The position numbers were made by a program, and so were the translations under genes. A stretch of 64,000 nucleotides of DNA, from positions 468 through 64,467 of the forward strand of contig JABSSD010000025.1 in the NCBI GenBank assembly GCA_013214575.1, in the 5' to 3' direction. The notes under the pieces were generated by a model. It had not been told where the DNA came from and did not search any database. It worked only from the letters and a program-made list of their open reading frames with translations. The stretch comes from Paracoccaceae bacterium (GTDB taxonomy: Bacteria > Pseudomonadota > Alphaproteobacteria > Rhodobacterales > Rhodobacteraceae). Positions within the stretch are counted from its first letter, which is position 1; the number at the start of each line of letters is the position of its first letter. Shown piece after piece: positions 44,487-54,386 of the stretch.

Positions 44487-45632
44487 ATGTCCCCAATTGA
44501 CCCTGCCCGCCTCACCGCCGATCTAATCCGCTGCGCCTCGGTTACCCCGGTTGAGGGCGGCGCATTGGTGCTGCTGGAAAAGCAACTGACCGAGGGCGGT
44601 TTCACCTGTTGCCGCGTTGATCGCGGCGGTGTCAGCAATCTGTTTGCCCGCTGGGGTGACAAGGGGCACGCCCGCACATTTGGCTTTAACGGCCATACCG
44701 ATGTGGTGCCGCTGGGGGATGAGGCCGCCTGGACCATGCCGCCGTTTGGCGCCGAGGAGAAAGACGGGTTCATGTATGGCCGTGGCGCCACAGACATGAA
44801 ATCCGGGGTTGCCGCCTTTGTGGCGGCGGCGATTGATTTTGTCGGCGACACCCCTCCCGACGGGGCCGTGATCCTGACCATCACCGGCGACGAAGAAGGC
44901 GATGCCATTGATGGCACCACCGCGCTGCTGGACTATATGGCGGCTGAGGATGAGGCGATGTCAGTCTGTCTGGTTGGCGAGCCTACCTGCCCCGACAGCA
45001 TGGGTGAGATGATCAAGATCGGTCGGCGCGGGTCGATGACCGCCTGGTTTACGGTTACCGGCGTGCAGGGGCACTCGGCCTATCCGCACCGCGCCAACAA
45101 CCCGCTGAACGCCATGGTGCGGCTGATGGATCATCTGGCCAGTCATCAGCTGGATCAGGGCACCGCGCATTTTGATGCCTCAACGCTGGCGGTGGTGACC
45201 ATCGACACCGGCAACAACGCCACCAACGTCATCCCCGCGCAGGCAAATGCGACGGTGAACATCCGCTTTAACGACTCCCATTCCGGCGCCAGCCTGAGCC
45301 AATGGCTGCGCGACGAATCCTCCAAAATCGCCGCTGAGTTTGGCCTTGAAATCGGGGTCAGAATATCGATCTCCGGCGAGAGCTTCATCACCGCCCCCGG
45401 GCCACTGTCAGATCTGGTTTCCGCATCGGTCGAAGCAGAGTGCGGCGTCAAACCCGAACTGTCGACCACTGGCGGCACCTCGGACGCGCGCTTTGTAAAG
45501 AACCACTGCCCGGTGGTGGAATTTGGTCTTGTTGGCCGCACCATGCACCAGGTGGACGAACGGGTAGAAGTCGCACAGATCCACCAGTTAAAGGCAATCT
45601 ACAGCCGTATTCTGACGGATTATTTTGGATGA
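44487..45632 (+). CDS. dapE: Succinyl-diaminopimelate desuccinylase
   Basis: 381-aa M20 peptidase with [24 protein letters not shown] and GTSDARF. Confidence 0.9.
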   Translation: MSPIDPARLTADLIRCASVTPVEGGALVLLEKQLTEGGFTCCRVDRGGVSNLFARWGDKGHARTFGFNGHTDVVPLGDEAAWTMPPFGAEEKDGFMYGRGATDMKSGVAAFVAAAIDFVGDTPPDGAVILTITGDEEGDAIDGTTALLDYMAAEDEAMSVCLVGEPTCPDSMGEMIKIGRRGSMTAWFTVTGVQGHSAYPHRANNPLNAMVRLMDHLASHQLDQGTAHFDASTLAVVTIDTGNNATNVIPAQANATVNIRFNDSHSGASLSQWLRDESSKIAAEFGLEIGVRISISGESFITAPGPLSDLVSASVEAECGVKPELSTTGGTSDARFVKNHCPVVEFGLVGRTMHQVDERVEVAQIHQLKAIYSRILTDYFG

Positions 45633-46054
45633 GCTATTCGATCTCGGTCACCAGTGATCACGGCGCCTGTTTTGCATTGCGGCATCAGGTTTTTGTTGTC
45701 GAGCAGGACGTTCCGATCGATGAGGAAATTGACGATCTGGACAAACTCGCGACCCACCTGCTGGCAACGGGTGACGGCGTGCCGACCGGCACTGCCCGAG
45801 TGGTGTATCAAGGCGACACCGCCAAAATTGGCCGGGTTTGTGTGCTGAAATCAGCTCGTGGCACCGGTTTAGGGGCTGACCTGATCAAGGCCGCGGTGCA
45901 AATCGCTGAAGACCAGCCCGGTGTCACCAAGGCCAAGCTGGGCGCACAAACCCACGCCCTGGGGTTTTATGAAAAACTCGGCTTCGCTGCCTTTGGGCCG
46001 GTCTATCTGGATGCCGGGATCGAACATCGCGACATGGTGTTGGATTTTCAGTGA
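45629..46054 (+). CDS. GNAT-family N-acetyltransferase
   Basis: The ATG overlaps the dapE stop (ATGA). [22 protein letters not shown] (acetyl-CoA loop) and FYEKLGF. Confidence 0.8.
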   Translation: MSYSISVTSDHGACFALRHQVFVVEQDVPIDEEIDDLDKLATHLLATGDGVPTGTARVVYQGDTAKIGRVCVLKSARGTGLGADLIKAAVQIAEDQPGVTKAKLGAQTHALGFYEKLGFAAFGPVYLDAGIEHRDMVLDFQ

Positions 46055-46617
46055 AGCCGACGCTGATCATCATGCTGAAGCTGCCGCAACCGGGTCGGGT
46101 GAAAACCAGATTGGGACGGGATCTGGGTATGGTTGCGGCGGCCTGGTGGTCGCGTCACCACGCGACGCGGCTGATCCGCCGCCTGCGTGATCCACGCTGG
46201 CAGATTGTACTGGCGGTGACCCCGGATCGCGCCCTGTCGGCGCGCCTCTGGCCTGCTGACCTGCCCCGGATACCACAAGGGCGCGGCGATCTGGGCCAAC
46301 GGATGGCGCGGCTGCTGGCGGCGATGCCAAGGGGCCCGACCTGTCTGATTGGGGCGGACATTCCCGACATTTCCCGCAGACACATCATCCGCGCCTTTAC
46401 CGCGCTGGGTAATCACGACGCCGCGTTTGGCCCGGCGCTGGATGGCGGCTATTGGCTGGTGGGGCTGAAACACCCGCATCGCCAGCCGCACTGCATCTTC
46501 ACCGATGTCCGCTGGTCCAGTGAACATGCGCTAAGCGACAGCCTGGCCAGTTTGCCCGGATACCGCATTGCTCTGACGGACAGCCTGCGCGACGTGGACA
46601 CAATCGCTGACCTGTAA
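46051..46617 (+). CDS. DUF2064 / TIGR04282-type glycosyltransferase-like protein
   Basis: The GTG overlaps the GNAT stop. [20 protein letters not shown] ... IGADIPDI ... DGGYWLVGL. Confidence 0.7.
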   Translation: MKPTLIIMLKLPQPGRVKTRLGRDLGMVAAAWWSRHHATRLIRRLRDPRWQIVLAVTPDRALSARLWPADLPRIPQGRGDLGQRMARLLAAMPRGPTCLIGADIPDISRRHIIRAFTALGNHDAAFGPALDGGYWLVGLKHPHRQPHCIFTDVRWSSEHALSDSLASLPGYRIALTDSLRDVDTIADL

Positions 46618-46674
46618 AACGAGCTCCTCATATTTCCCAATGACCTTAGCTGCGGACCATGTTAGGCGGGGCCT

Positions 46675-48936
46675 ATGAGCCGTATACCCTCCAAGGCGGA
46701 GATCCTCGACTGGATTTCAGCTAACCCGACCCTCACCTCGAAACGCGACATTGCCAAGGCCTTTGGTATCAAAGGATCTGACCGCATTGACCTGAAGCGG
46801 ATGCTGAAAGAGCTAGAGACCGAAGGCCATCTGGAAAAGCGCAAGAAAAGCTATGGCGACCCGGAACGGTTGCCGCCGGTATCGGTGCTGCTGGTCAGGG
46901 CGCCGGACGGCGATGGCGATCTGTTCGCGCAGCCACTGGAATGGCACGGCGACGGGGTTGAACCCATTGTTCTGATCATGACAGGCGCCAAGGATCCGGC
47001 GCTGGGGGCCGGTGACAAGATTCTGGCCCGGCTGACCCTGGTGCAGGATCAGGACTACAATTACGAGGCCCGGCTGATCCGCCGCATCGGCTCCAATCCA
47101 AAACGGGTGCTGGGCATATTCCGCAAGCGCTCGGAAGGCGGCCGTATTGTGCCGATCGACAAATCGGGCTCCAGTGAATGGATCGTCGCCGATGATGCCA
47201 CCCTTGACGCCCGCGACGGCGAATTGGTTGAGGCAGAACAGGCCGGCCCCAAGGGCCGCATGGGCCTGCCCCGCGCCCGCATCGTTGACCGTCTGGGCGA
47301 TCCCTCCGCGCCCAAGGCAGTGTCGCTGATTGCCATCCACCAACACGGCATTCCCGACAATTTCCCGGATGCGGTGGTGGCCGAGGCCGACAAGGCCCAG
47401 CCGATGGAGCTAAAGGGCCGCACAGACCTGCGTGACATGCCATTGGTCACCATCGACCCTTCGGATGCGCGCGACCACGATGACGCCTGTTATGCCCACG
47501 CCGATGACGACCCCAGTAACCCCGGTGGCCACATCGTCTGGGTCGCCATCGCCGATGTCGCCGCCTATGTGCGCCCCGGCACCGCGCTGGACCGCGAGGC
47601 CCGCAAGCGCGGCAACTCCAGCTATTTCCCCGACCGGGTGGTGCCAATGCTGCCGGATAGCCTGTCCGGTGACCTGTGCTCGCTACACGAAGGGGTGCCG
47701 CGCCCCTGTATCGCCGTGCGCATGCAACTGGATACTGAGGGCAACAAGATCGCGCATCACTTTGAACGCGCCCTGATGCGCTCCGCCGCCTCGCTGCATT
47801 ACGCCGAAGTCCAGGAGGCCATTGATGGCGCGCCAAATGATCGCACCGGTCCGCTGCTCGACACGGTGATCAAGCCGCTCTATGCCGCCTACGCCGCGCT
47901 AAAGACGGCCCGCGCCGCCCGCCAGCCGCTAGAGCTGGACCTGCCCGAGCGCAAGATCATTCTGGATGACAATGGCAAGGTGCGCTCGATCAACTTCCGG
48001 GACCGGCTGGACGCGCACCGGCTGATCGAAGAGTTCATGGTGCTGGCCAATGTCGCCGCCGCCGAAACACTGATCGCCAAACGCGCACCGCAACTGTTCC
48101 GGGTCCACGAAGAGCCCGCGCCCGAGAAACTGGATGCCCTGCGCGAAACGGCGTCCGCCGCGGGGCTGACACTGGCCAAGGGGCAGGTGCTGCAAACCCG
48201 GCATCTGAACGCCCTGCTGAATGCTGCGGCTGGCACCGACGATGCCGAGTTGATCAACATCTCAACCCTGCGCTCGATGACTCAGGCCTATTACGGCATT
48301 GAGAACTTTGGCCACTTTGGCCTGGCGCTGCGCAACTATGCCCATTTCACCTCGCCGATCCGCCGCTATGCCGATCTGATCGTGCACCGGGCGCTGGTCA
48401 CCTCACACGGTTGGGGCAAGGACGGGCTGGACCCGGCTGAGGTCGATCAGCTGGAGCAAACCGCCACCCATATTTCCGAAACCGAGCGGCGCTCGATGAT
48501 GGCCGAGCGCGACACCACCGATCGCTATCTGGCGGCCTTTCTGTCGGAGCGGGTGGGCAATGAATTCACTGGCCGTATCAACGGTATCGCGCGCTTTGGC
48601 GCCTTTGTGAAACTGGATGAGACCGGCGCCGACGGCTTGGTGCCGGTGCGCAGCCTGGGGCGTGAATTCTTCCACTTCGACGCCGATTCAAGCACCCTCA
48701 AGGGCTCAGACACCGGCCTGATCATTGCCATTGGCCAACAGGTAACGGTGCGCCTGACCGAGGCAACACCGGTCACCGGCGGGCTCCAGCTGGAGTTACT
48801 GACCATCGACGACAAACCGCTGCCCCGTGGCGGCAGCCGCAGCCCGGCAGGTCGATCCGGCGGCAAGCGTAAACAGGTCAAGGCCAAGCGCAAGATCGAC
48901 AAGATCAAGCGCAAGTTGGTGCGCAAACGGCACTGA
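46675..48936 (+). CDS. rnr: Ribonuclease R
   Basis: 753-aa ORF with an RNB domain (TIDPSDARDHDDA), an S1 domain (FTGRINGIARFGAFVKL) and a Lys/Arg-rich tail. Confidence 0.9.
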   Translation: MSRIPSKAEILDWISANPTLTSKRDIAKAFGIKGSDRIDLKRMLKELETEGHLEKRKKSYGDPERLPPVSVLLVRAPDGDGDLFAQPLEWHGDGVEPIVLIMTGAKDPALGAGDKILARLTLVQDQDYNYEARLIRRIGSNPKRVLGIFRKRSEGGRIVPIDKSGSSEWIVADDATLDARDGELVEAEQAGPKGRMGLPRARIVDRLGDPSAPKAVSLIAIHQHGIPDNFPDAVVAEADKAQPMELKGRTDLRDMPLVTIDPSDARDHDDACYAHADDDPSNPGGHIVWVAIADVAAYVRPGTALDREARKRGNSSYFPDRVVPMLPDSLSGDLCSLHEGVPRPCIAVRMQLDTEGNKIAHHFERALMRSAASLHYAEVQEAIDGAPNDRTGPLLDTVIKPLYAAYAALKTARAARQPLELDLPERKIILDDNGKVRSINFRDRLDAHRLIEEFMVLANVAAAETLIAKRAPQLFRVHEEPAPEKLDALRETASAAGLTLAKGQVLQTRHLNALLNAAAGTDDAELINISTLRSMTQAYYGIENFGHFGLALRNYAHFTSPIRRYADLIVHRALVTSHGWGKDGLDPAEVDQLEQTATHISETERRSMMAERDTTDRYLAAFLSERVGNEFTGRINGIARFGAFVKLDETGADGLVPVRSLGREFFHFDADSSTLKGSDTGLIIAIGQQVTVRLTEATPVTGGLQLELLTIDDKPLPRGGSRSPAGRSGGKRKQVKAKRKIDKIKRKLVRKRH

Positions 48937-48944
48937 CAGTGTAG

Positions 48945-48964
48945 GGTGCGTGCTTGCACGCACC
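48945..48964 (+). terminator. Hairpin after rnr (8-bp stem)
   Basis: ggtgcgtg-cttg-cacgcacc read directly. Confidence 0.45.
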
Positions 48965-49049
48965 TCTGCTTGCCAGTTCAGCCCGCAATCGGCGCGCGGG
49001 TGATCTGGCCCTTCAACAGAAAGGGATTATCCCTTGGCACGAGAGCCAC

Positions 49050-49125
49050 CGGGCGGCGGATCAGCGCCGGACTGCCCCGCATTCGGGCGGTGGATCAGCG
49101 AGCGGCGGCTCGGAACGGCGGATCC
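49050..49125. repeat. Direct repeats spaced 34 nt apart upstream of the transglycosylase gene
   Basis: cgggcggcggatcagcg (49050) and cgggcggtggatcagcg (49084), plus partial aacggcggatcc (49114). Confidence 0.6.
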
Positions 49126-49207
49126 CCGCAGGCCAGTTGACTGAGCACTTTTGCCAGTGTTGCTTACCGGTTACATTGGCTCTGAGCAGAGTTAAATGAG
49201 GTGCAGA

Positions 49208-50533
49208 ATGCGTGTTTTGGTTATTGCCACGGTTGTGGCTGTTTTGATGGCACCGCTATCCGGTGCCGCTCCGCTGTCACCCTTACGACCTGAGGCGCGA
49301 CCGGAGGCGATTGCTTTGGACCAAGGCGATTATCAAACAGCCGCTGTGGCGGTATTGCGGCCCAGTTCACGGCCTGTTGTCGGGGCGGTTCTGGCGCCGC
49401 AGAAGGTAACCGCAAATCGTGACTTTCAGAGCTGGATCAAGCGGTTTCGCCAGCGTGCATTGGCCCAGGGCATTACCAAAACCACCCTGAACCGTGCCTT
49501 TAAATCAGTGACCTACGACCCCGAGGTCATCCGCCGTGATCAAAATCAGTCGGAATTCACCAAATCGATCTGGGACTATCTTGATAGCGCGGTGTCCGAC
49601 AAAAGGATCAAAAATGGTAAAAAGGCCCTGCGGGCCCAGCGGCGGCGGCTGCAACAGATCGAGGCAACATATGGCGTCGACAAAGAAATCGTGCTGGCCG
49701 TCTGGGGGATGGAGAGCTCCTATGGGAGCTACCGCGGCGACATGGATGTCATCCGCTCGCTGTCGACGCTGGCTTTTGACGGCCGCCGCGGTCGCTTCTT
49801 TGAAAGCCAGTTGATTGCCGCCCTGGAGATCTTGCAGGCAGGCGATGTGCCGGCCCGCAAAATGACCGGAAGCTGGGCCGGAGCCATGGGCCACACCCAG
49901 TTTATCCCGACCTCCTATTTGGCCTATGCGGTGGATTTCACCGGCGACGGGAAGCGCGATATCTGGTCTGACAATCCCAGCGATGCACTGGCCTCAACCG
50001 CGGCCTATCTGGCGCGATTTGGCTGGATCAAGGGACAGCCCTGGGGGGTTGAGGTCAGGCTGCCGCGCGGCTTCGACTATGGTCTGGCCCATCGCAGGAT
50101 TAAAAAGAGCCCGGCGCAATGGGCTGCATTGGGGGTCAGGGGTATCAATGGCCGCCCGGTGCCCAATCACGGGTCCGGTTCGATCTTGCTTCCGGCCGGA
50201 AGCAAGGGTGCGGCCTTTATGGTGTTCAAGAACTTTCAGGTGATTGAACGCTACAATGCCGCCGATGCCTATGTGATTGGTGTCGGCCACCTGAGTGACA
50301 GGATCAAAGGCGGCGGCCCGATCCAACAGCCCTGGCCGCGCGGTGATCGGGACCTGAGCTTTGTGGAGCGGCAGGAGATGCAAAAGCGACTGACCCGTCA
50401 GGGCTTTGATACCGGCGGAGTTGATGGAAAAGTCGGGCCCAACACCAGCGCAGCGGTGCGCGCTTATCAGCTTGCCAATGGTCTGGTTCCGGACGGGCAT
50501 GCCTCGCTTAACCTGTTGAAGGCATTGCGGTAG
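49208..50533 (+). CDS. Lytic murein transglycosylase (MltB/SLT_2 type) with a C-terminal peptidoglycan-binding domain
   Basis: ATG at 49208 follows GAGGTG. Signal peptide MRVLVIATVVAVLMAPLSGAAP, catalytic block VLAVWGMESSYG, and PG_binding_1-like GFDTGGVDGKVGPNTSAAVRAYQ. Confidence 0.85.
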   Translation: MRVLVIATVVAVLMAPLSGAAPLSPLRPEARPEAIALDQGDYQTAAVAVLRPSSRPVVGAVLAPQKVTANRDFQSWIKRFRQRALAQGITKTTLNRAFKSVTYDPEVIRRDQNQSEFTKSIWDYLDSAVSDKRIKNGKKALRAQRRRLQQIEATYGVDKEIVLAVWGMESSYGSYRGDMDVIRSLSTLAFDGRRGRFFESQLIAALEILQAGDVPARKMTGSWAGAMGHTQFIPTSYLAYAVDFTGDGKRDIWSDNPSDALASTAAYLARFGWIKGQPWGVEVRLPRGFDYGLAHRRIKKSPAQWAALGVRGINGRPVPNHGSGSILLPAGSKGAAFMVFKNFQVIERYNAADAYVIGVGHLSDRIKGGGPIQQPWPRGDRDLSFVERQEMQKRLTRQGFDTGGVDGKVGPNTSAAVRAYQLANGLVPDGHASLNLLKALR

Positions 50534-50571
50534 AAAAGGGGCCAGCCCCCTCTTGGCCTTTGGCCAATTCA

Positions 50572-50604
50572 CCCCCGGGATATTTGTCGCCAGATGAAGG
50601 ATCC
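50572..50604. repeat. Half-copy of the GGATATTT...GCCAGATGAA REP-like element
   Basis: cccccgggatatttgtcgccagatgaaggatcc compared with ccccaggatatttaaagccagatgaataaaggatcc at 36865. Confidence 0.7.
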
Positions 50605-50613
50605 AGAATAGAA

Positions 50614-50639
50614 AAGGCCCCGGTGTTTGCCGGGGCCTT
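50614..50639. terminator. Bidirectional hairpin (10-bp stem) between convergent genes
   Basis: aaggccccgg-tgtttg-ccggggcctt, followed by a T-rich stretch. Confidence 0.6.
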
Positions 50640-50661
50640 TGTCTGTTAAAGCGTTTCAGTC

Positions 50662-51837
50662 TTAGCCAGGGGACATACCGCGCAGGCGTTCGGAGCGGCG
50701 CCGCAGCAATTCAAGCGTTGCCAGCAACAGCACGGAAATACCCACCAGGATCGTTGCCACCGCCAAAATCGTCGGAGACAGTTGCTCTCGCAGGCCGATG
50801 AACATCTGCCATGGCAGGGTTTTCTGACCGGCGGAGCCGACAAACATCACCACCACCACCTCGTCGAATGAGGTGATAAAGGCAAACAGCCCGCCGGAAA
50901 CCACGCCCGGCAGAATCAGCGGCATTTGCACCCGGAAGAAGGTGGTGACCGGATCCGCGCCCATATTGGCGGCGGCCCGGGTCAAGGAGCGGTCAAAGCC
51001 CACCAATGTGGCCGTCACCGTGATGATGACAAAGGGAATACCCAATGCGGCATGCGCCATAACCACGCCCATATAGGTGCCTTGCAATCCTATGCGGCTG
51101 TAGAAGAAATACATGCCAGCCGCCGAGATGATCAGCGGTACGATCATTGGCGAAATCAGGATCGCCATGATGGCGCGGCGGAACGGCACATGCGGCTGGC
51201 TGAGGCCAATGGCTGCCAGGGTGCCAAAAGTAACCGACAAGACCGTTGCCATTGGCGCGATCCGAATAGAGTTCCACAGGGCGTCCTGCCAAGCCTGATT
51301 GCCGAAGAAGTCCCTGTAGTGTTTCAGCGAATAGCCGGCCGGATCAAACCGCAGCATCTCGGGCGTGAAGGTAAAGAAATCCTGGGCATTGAAGCTGAGC
51401 GGCATCACCACCAGGATCGGAGTGATCAGGAAGGTGAAGATCGCGCCGCAAATGACCCGGAATGCATAGTGCCACAGCACCTGGCCCGAGGTCAGGTAAG
51501 GCGCCAGATGGGCGCGGTACCGTGAGGTGGCCAGCCAGAAGATGAACCATCCGGCAAACCAGCCAGCCGCGCCGCCAAGCAGTGCCGCAGGCAGGCCTCC
51601 GGTTCCATATCCAGCCACAGCAAAGGCTGCAATCAGCAACCAACGGATTGGTTTCTCCTTGCTCAGCATCGCCGTCAAAGCAAAGCCCAAGGCAGCCATT
51701 ATGGCAGCCCCGATCAATATGCCTAGCAAACCGGATCCTTGAGAGGTGCCGATAAAGAGGCCGAAAAAGGCGCCGGAGGCCGCGGCAGCCGCAGCAACAA
51801 ATCCGGGCGTTTGGTTTTCTACAGGTGTTATTGTCAT
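50662..51837 (-). CDS. ABC transporter permease (PotC/PotI-like) with a ~110-aa Gly/Ala-rich membrane N-terminal extension
   Basis: 391-aa ORF. The C-terminal ~270 aa are a binding-protein-dependent permease (EAA-like LTRAAANMGADPVTTFFRV). The N-terminus has additional glycine-zipper-like TM segments. Confidence 0.85.
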   Translation of the reverse strand: MTITPVENQTPGFVAAAAAASGAFFGLFIGTSQGSGLLGILIGAAIMAALGFALTAMLSKEKPIRWLLIAAFAVAGYGTGGLPAALLGGAAGWFAGWFIFWLATSRYRAHLAPYLTSGQVLWHYAFRVICGAIFTFLITPILVVMPLSFNAQDFFTFTPEMLRFDPAGYSLKHYRDFFGNQAWQDALWNSIRIAPMATVLSVTFGTLAAIGLSQPHVPFRRAIMAILISPMIVPLIISAAGMYFFYSRIGLQGTYMGVVMAHAALGIPFVIITVTATLVGFDRSLTRAAANMGADPVTTFFRVQMPLILPGVVSGGLFAFITSFDEVVVVMFVGSAGQKTLPWQMFIGLREQLSPTILAVATILVGISVLLLATLELLRRRSERLRGMSPG

Positions 51838-51842
51838 CTGTC

Positions 51843-53114
51843 TTATCCCAGCTTCACGTTGTCGATGCCGACAATTTTATCATAAGCCCAGTACAGAATC
51901 AGAACCAGAGCCAACAGAATGGCACCCAGCGCAGCGGCCAGCCCCCAATTCAGCGAGGTGGAAATATGGTAGGCAATCCTGTTGGAGATGAACACGCCCT
52001 TGGTGCCGCCAACCAGCTCCGGGGTGATATAGTAGCCAATCGACAGGATGAACACGAGGATTGAGCCCGCGCCAATACCCGGGACCGACTGCGGGAAGTA
52101 GACTCGCCAGAACGCGGTCCAGTTGGTCGCCCCCAGTGATTTTGCGGCGCGCAGATAGGTCGGCTGGATGGTCTTCATCACCGAATACATTGGCAGGATC
52201 ATGAAGGGCAGCAGAATATGGGTCATCGTCACAATGGTACCGAACTGGTTGTTGATCATCGCCAAGCGGGCATCATCACCAACCAGGCCCAGCCAGACCA
52301 GGGTGTCATTGATCACCCCCTGTTGCTGCAGCATCACCTTCCAGGCGGAGGTGCGCACCAGCAGCGAGGTCCAGAAGGGTAACAGCACCAGGATCATCAG
52401 CATGTTGGAGGTGCGGGCTGGCAGATTGGCCAGGATCCAGGCCACCGGATAGGCCAGAGCAATACAGCTGAGGGTGATCGCCATCGACATGAACATGGTG
52501 CGTTTGAGCAGCAGCCAATAGATTTGCTCGTCCTCTGGGCGCCATTCGGGCCCATCGGCGCCTTTTTTCATGTCCGCCGAATTGAGAAAGTAACCATTGG
52601 TGAATTTTGGTGAATAGGTTTGAATGGTGCTCCAGACATCAGGGTCGCCCCACCCTTTGTGGAGATCAAGGAAACGCGCCTTATAGGGCCCATCGTTTTC
52701 CACATCCCATTTCTTAACCTGGCGGCCCGCCTTGCGAAATAGCGAAGAAATCCCCGGCTTTTCGTAGTTCAGACGCGAGCCAACACGGGTGTGTAGCTTG
52801 GCTTCGGCGGCCATTTTCAGATCGATGGCCAAAGCCGCATAGACCGCCTCATCGGGCGTTTCGCCGCTGGTGGCGTCCCAGGACTTCAGAGCAACAACGG
52901 TGCGTGGCAGCGTCTCAGAAACGATCTGGTTCTCAACCGAGCGGAACAACATGTCGCCAATCGGAAGAATGAAGGTCACTAAAACAAACAGCAGCAGCGG
53001 TGCAATCAACATCAGTGCCCGGATCTTTTGCCTCCGGAGCGCGCGGCTTAAGCTGCGCTTTAGCGGCGTGCCGTCAGCGGCCAGCACTGGGCCGGACTGG
53101 GTTGTGTCGCTCAT
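51843..53114 (-). CDS. ABC transporter permease (PotB/PotH-like) with a long periplasmic loop
   Basis: 423-aa ORF with EAA-like YLRAAKSLGATNWTAFWRVYFP. Confidence 0.85.
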   Translation of the reverse strand: MSDTTQSGPVLAADGTPLKRSLSRALRRQKIRALMLIAPLLLFVLVTFILPIGDMLFRSVENQIVSETLPRTVVALKSWDATSGETPDEAVYAALAIDLKMAAEAKLHTRVGSRLNYEKPGISSLFRKAGRQVKKWDVENDGPYKARFLDLHKGWGDPDVWSTIQTYSPKFTNGYFLNSADMKKGADGPEWRPEDEQIYWLLLKRTMFMSMAITLSCIALAYPVAWILANLPARTSNMLMILVLLPFWTSLLVRTSAWKVMLQQQGVINDTLVWLGLVGDDARLAMINNQFGTIVTMTHILLPFMILPMYSVMKTIQPTYLRAAKSLGATNWTAFWRVYFPQSVPGIGAGSILVFILSIGYYITPELVGGTKGVFISNRIAYHISTSLNWGLAAALGAILLALVLILYWAYDKIVGIDNVKLG

Positions 53115-53202
53115 GTTAGGAGTCCCCGTGAAATCTTTTTGTGGAGAAAAGGCCCGACTACTGAGTGCGCGGGCCTTTTCCCATTTTCAACTCAGGTCGG
53201 AA

Positions 53203-54306
53203 TTACTTGGCCAACCAAGCCTGGAATTTGGCATTCAGATCGTCACGGTTGTCTGCCCACCATTCGTAGTCATAGATGTGGACGTTGGTGGCGTTGGCAG
53301 GATCTGTTGGCATGTGTGGTGCCATATCGATGCCCAATTCTGCGTGCTTACCAACCAGAGGTGCCGAGGAGGCACGAGCCGGACCGTAGGAGATGTACTT
53401 AGCCTGATCAGCCAGACGCTGAGTGTCAGTGGCAAAACGCAGGTAGTCCATTGCGCGGGCTTTGCGCTCAGGGCTCAGGCCTGTTGGAATGATCCAGCCA
53501 TCCAGATCAAAAGACTGCATATCCCACAGCATCGCAATTGGTTGGTTTTGCTCGGCGATGGCCGAGAACAGACGACCGTTATAGGTCGAACCCATCACAA
53601 CTTCACCGTCAGCCAGCAGTTGTGGAGTTTCGGCACCAGCAGACCACCAAACAACATTGTCTTTAATGGTGCCCAGTTTGTCCAAGCCACGTTTCACACC
53701 TTCAGGGGTGCTCAAGACATCATAGATTTCGTCTTTGGCAACGCCGTCGCAGTACAGAGCCCATTCCATGTTGTCGATCGGACGCTTCTGCAGCGACCGC
53801 TTGCCAGGATAAGCGTCCAGATCAAAAATGGCACAAACCGATGTTGGTGGGGTGTCACCAACCAGATCGGTGCGATAGCCAAAGGTGGTCGAATAGACGA
53901 TCTGCGGCACAAAACACTCGGAGACCAGCAGGTCGCCGAAGTCTTCGGAGGCAGGCGTTCCATCAGGAGCAGGAGCCAGATCCGCATCGTGATCGATTTC
54001 TTCAGCCAGACCTTCGTCGCACAGGCGCATTGCGTCAGAGGCAACAACGTCGACAACATCCCAGGTTACGTTGCCGGCTTCGTTCATCGCACGCAGTTTT
54101 GCAACCGCTTCGGCCGAGCTTTCGTCGTTGATGATCTTGACGCCAGTCATGGCGGTATAGGGGTCATGATAGGCGTTCTTCTGCGACGCCGAATACGAAC
54201 CACCCCAGGAAACGATCGTCAATTCATCGGCCATGTCCTGGGCCATTGCCATCGGTGCGCACAGCGCAGTCGAGGCCACCAGAGCAGACAGTTTGGTGAG
54301 TTTCAT
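53203..54306 (-). CDS. ABC transporter substrate-binding protein (PotD/PotF-like, family 1)
   Basis: 367-aa ORF with signal peptide MKLTKLSALVASTALCAPMAMA and LTIVSWGGSY. Confidence 0.85.
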   Translation of the reverse strand: MKLTKLSALVASTALCAPMAMAQDMADELTIVSWGGSYSASQKNAYHDPYTAMTGVKIINDESSAEAVAKLRAMNEAGNVTWDVVDVVASDAMRLCDEGLAEEIDHDADLAPAPDGTPASEDFGDLLVSECFVPQIVYSTTFGYRTDLVGDTPPTSVCAIFDLDAYPGKRSLQKRPIDNMEWALYCDGVAKDEIYDVLSTPEGVKRGLDKLGTIKDNVVWWSAGAETPQLLADGEVVMGSTYNGRLFSAIAEQNQPIAMLWDMQSFDLDGWIIPTGLSPERKARAMDYLRFATDTQRLADQAKYISYGPARASSAPLVGKHAELGIDMAPHMPTDPANATNVHIYDYEWWADNRDDLNAKFQAWLAK

Positions 54307-54386
54307 TTAGGCTCTCCTTGTTAAATCTTCTTGGAATTTTCAATTCCCCCGGTCGTTGTTCGCCGGGGGTAAAGGTCGTGACCGGA

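Noticed and set aside
49050-49125. Direct repeats here and elsewhere as a CRISPR array
   Set aside because: There are only two and a half copies of a 17-nt motif, no regular repeat-spacer architecture, and no cas genes anywhere in the window.
52870-54324. 484-aa plus-strand ORF
   Set aside because: It is antisense to the ABC permease and substrate-binding genes, with no motifs. It is a shadow ORF.
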